A stretch of DNA of 16,496 bases, taken from contig JANOSY010000016.1 of assembly GCA_031416075.1 (NCBI GenBank), positions 1-16,496 of the forward strand, in the 5' to 3' direction. This stretch comes from Candidatus Tenderia sp. (lineage in GTDB: Bacteria > Pseudomonadota > Gammaproteobacteria > Tenderiales > Tenderiaceae). Every line of letters begins with the position of its first letter. Position 1 is the stretch's first letter. Both the position numbers and the translations under genes were made by a program. Shown one piece after another: positions 15,178-16,496 of the stretch. The notes beneath the pieces were generated by a model. The model was not told the DNA's origin and did not search any database. It worked only from the letters and a program-made list of their open reading frames with translations.

Positions 15178-16377
15178 ATGAATAGTATTGGTTTATCCTC
15201 TCAGCTAAAAGCCATTGATGCGCTGTTGGTGCAATATCAGTGGCTCTGGCGACCACAACCCTTCAAACATGTGCGGCCTGAGTGGTGTGCGCGGCTACCT
15301 GAGTTGACTGCACGTCTCTTGGCACTGAGCGATGATGAGCTGGCACGCTTAACAGCGCAAGAGAGTGAGTTAATGGCGTTGTTGGTAGAGTATCTGCCAG
15401 AACTGGCAGCGTTTGAGGCGCTGTGCCAGTTGCCCGTGCGTCATTTAACAACGTTAACTCCGATCAGCCCACATTTAAGCTGGGCTGTGCCTGGACGTAA
15501 GTGGGCGCAGATAGAGGCATTTGTTCAGGCGGTTGGTCCGGTAACGTTGCCGGTACTGGATTGGTGTGGTGGCAAGGGGCATCTTGGGCGGCTGTTGGCA
15601 ACACAGTGGCAGCAGCCGGCATTGACGCTTGAGCACGATCCGGCGCTCTGTCGTGACGGCACGCTGTTGGCGCAGCGGGCCAGGGTTGCACAGCAGTTCC
15701 ATGTTGTGGATGTGCTTTTGCCAGCGGTCCCTCAGTATCTGTTGGGGTGCCATACGGTCGCCCTGCACGCCTGTGGCGCGCTGCATCGCACGTTGGTACG
15801 GCAGGCGGTGGCGGCGCGGGTGTCGGCGTTTGATATAGCGCCCTGCTGTTACCATCTGGGTAATGATGCTGCCTATCAGCCTTTTTTTCTGACAGAGTCG
15901 TTAGAATTTTTTTCTGATGATCTGCGGCTTGCAGTGACTGAAACGGTCACCTCGTCAGCGCGGGAGATCAGTAAACGTGATCGTGAGATGGCCTGGAAGC
16001 TGGGTTTTGATCGGCTACGCCGTGATATCAGTGGTGAAGATCATTATCGTTCTATCCGCCCTATCGATAAGCAGTGGCTGACGTATGATTTTGCCGGTTT
16101 CTGCCAGGCGCTGGCGCAACGTGAACAGCTGGCGATAGCGGGTGAGACAGAATGGTCGCACTATGAGCAGTTTGGCTGGCAGCGGCAACGGGAGGTGATG
16201 CGGCTGAGTCTGGTGCGTCATGCGGTACGTCGACCCTTAGAGCTTTGGCTGGTGCTGGATATGGCCAGCTATATTGTTAAGCAGGGTTACAGGGTTGAAC
16301 TGGGGACTTTTTGCCCACGTCAGGTGACACCACGAAATTTGCTGCTTTCGGCACGGCTAGTGTACTGTAACAAATAA
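15178..16377 (+). CDS. SAM-dependent methyltransferase (Methyltransf_32 / METTL25-like family)
   Basis: PGRKW.QI, DWCGGKGHLGR, ALHACG.LH, APCCYH, RRPLELWLVLD and FC...TPRN motifs. Confidence 0.88.
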   Translation: MNSIGLSSQLKAIDALLVQYQWLWRPQPFKHVRPEWCARLPELTARLLALSDDELARLTAQESELMALLVEYLPELAAFEALCQLPVRHLTTLTPISPHLSWAVPGRKWAQIEAFVQAVGPVTLPVLDWCGGKGHLGRLLATQWQQPALTLEHDPALCRDGTLLAQRARVAQQFHVVDVLLPAVPQYLLGCHTVALHACGALHRTLVRQAVAARVSAFDIAPCCYHLGNDAAYQPFFLTESLEFFSDDLRLAVTETVTSSAREISKRDREMAWKLGFDRLRRDISGEDHYRSIRPIDKQWLTYDFAGFCQALAQREQLAIAGETEWSHYEQFGWQRQREVMRLSLVRHAVRRPLELWLVLDMASYIVKQGYRVELGTFCPRQVTPRNLLLSARLVYCNK

Positions 16378-16496
16378 TATACTCATACCAAGGCAGCCTT
16401 AGCACGCCCGATTTTCTCTAAAATCGCTTCAGTTGTTTTTGTCCACACAAAGGGTTTTGGATCGGTATTGTGGACCTCAATGAATTCCATAATCTT

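Noticed and set aside
1-16496. CRISPR arrays, tRNA/rRNA genes, integron attC sites, defence systems
   Set aside because: No regularly spaced repeats, cloverleafs or recognisable defence domains were seen.

Overview
This is a gammaproteobacterial chromosomal segment. It opens with the 3' end and right inverted repeat of an IS3-family (IS911-like) element, which the ORF track missed, followed by a DUF1272 gene. Next is the conserved core block: zapA and TIGR02449 on the minus strand, divergent from ygfB(UPF0149)-pepP-ubiH-ubiI. The 6S RNA usually found downstream of zapA is not there. The accessory part holds a stand-alone PilZ protein, a CTP-synthase-like amidotransferase with an incomplete triad, a small exported protein, a MASE1-CHASE-PAS sensor with an apparently dead histidine kinase core, and a short MgtC/SapB. 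It continues with a PEP-CTERM protein with a readable sigma-54 promoter and enhancer, a divergent secreted trypsin-like protease with an Asp/His tail, and two divergent SAM methyltransferases. I cannot demonstrate a single new multi-gene system. The best leads are the orphan pseudo-histidine kinase, the PEP-CTERM/protease extracellular pair and the non-canonical O-methyltransferase-fold enzyme. All family calls come from motif recognition by eye; no database searches were run.
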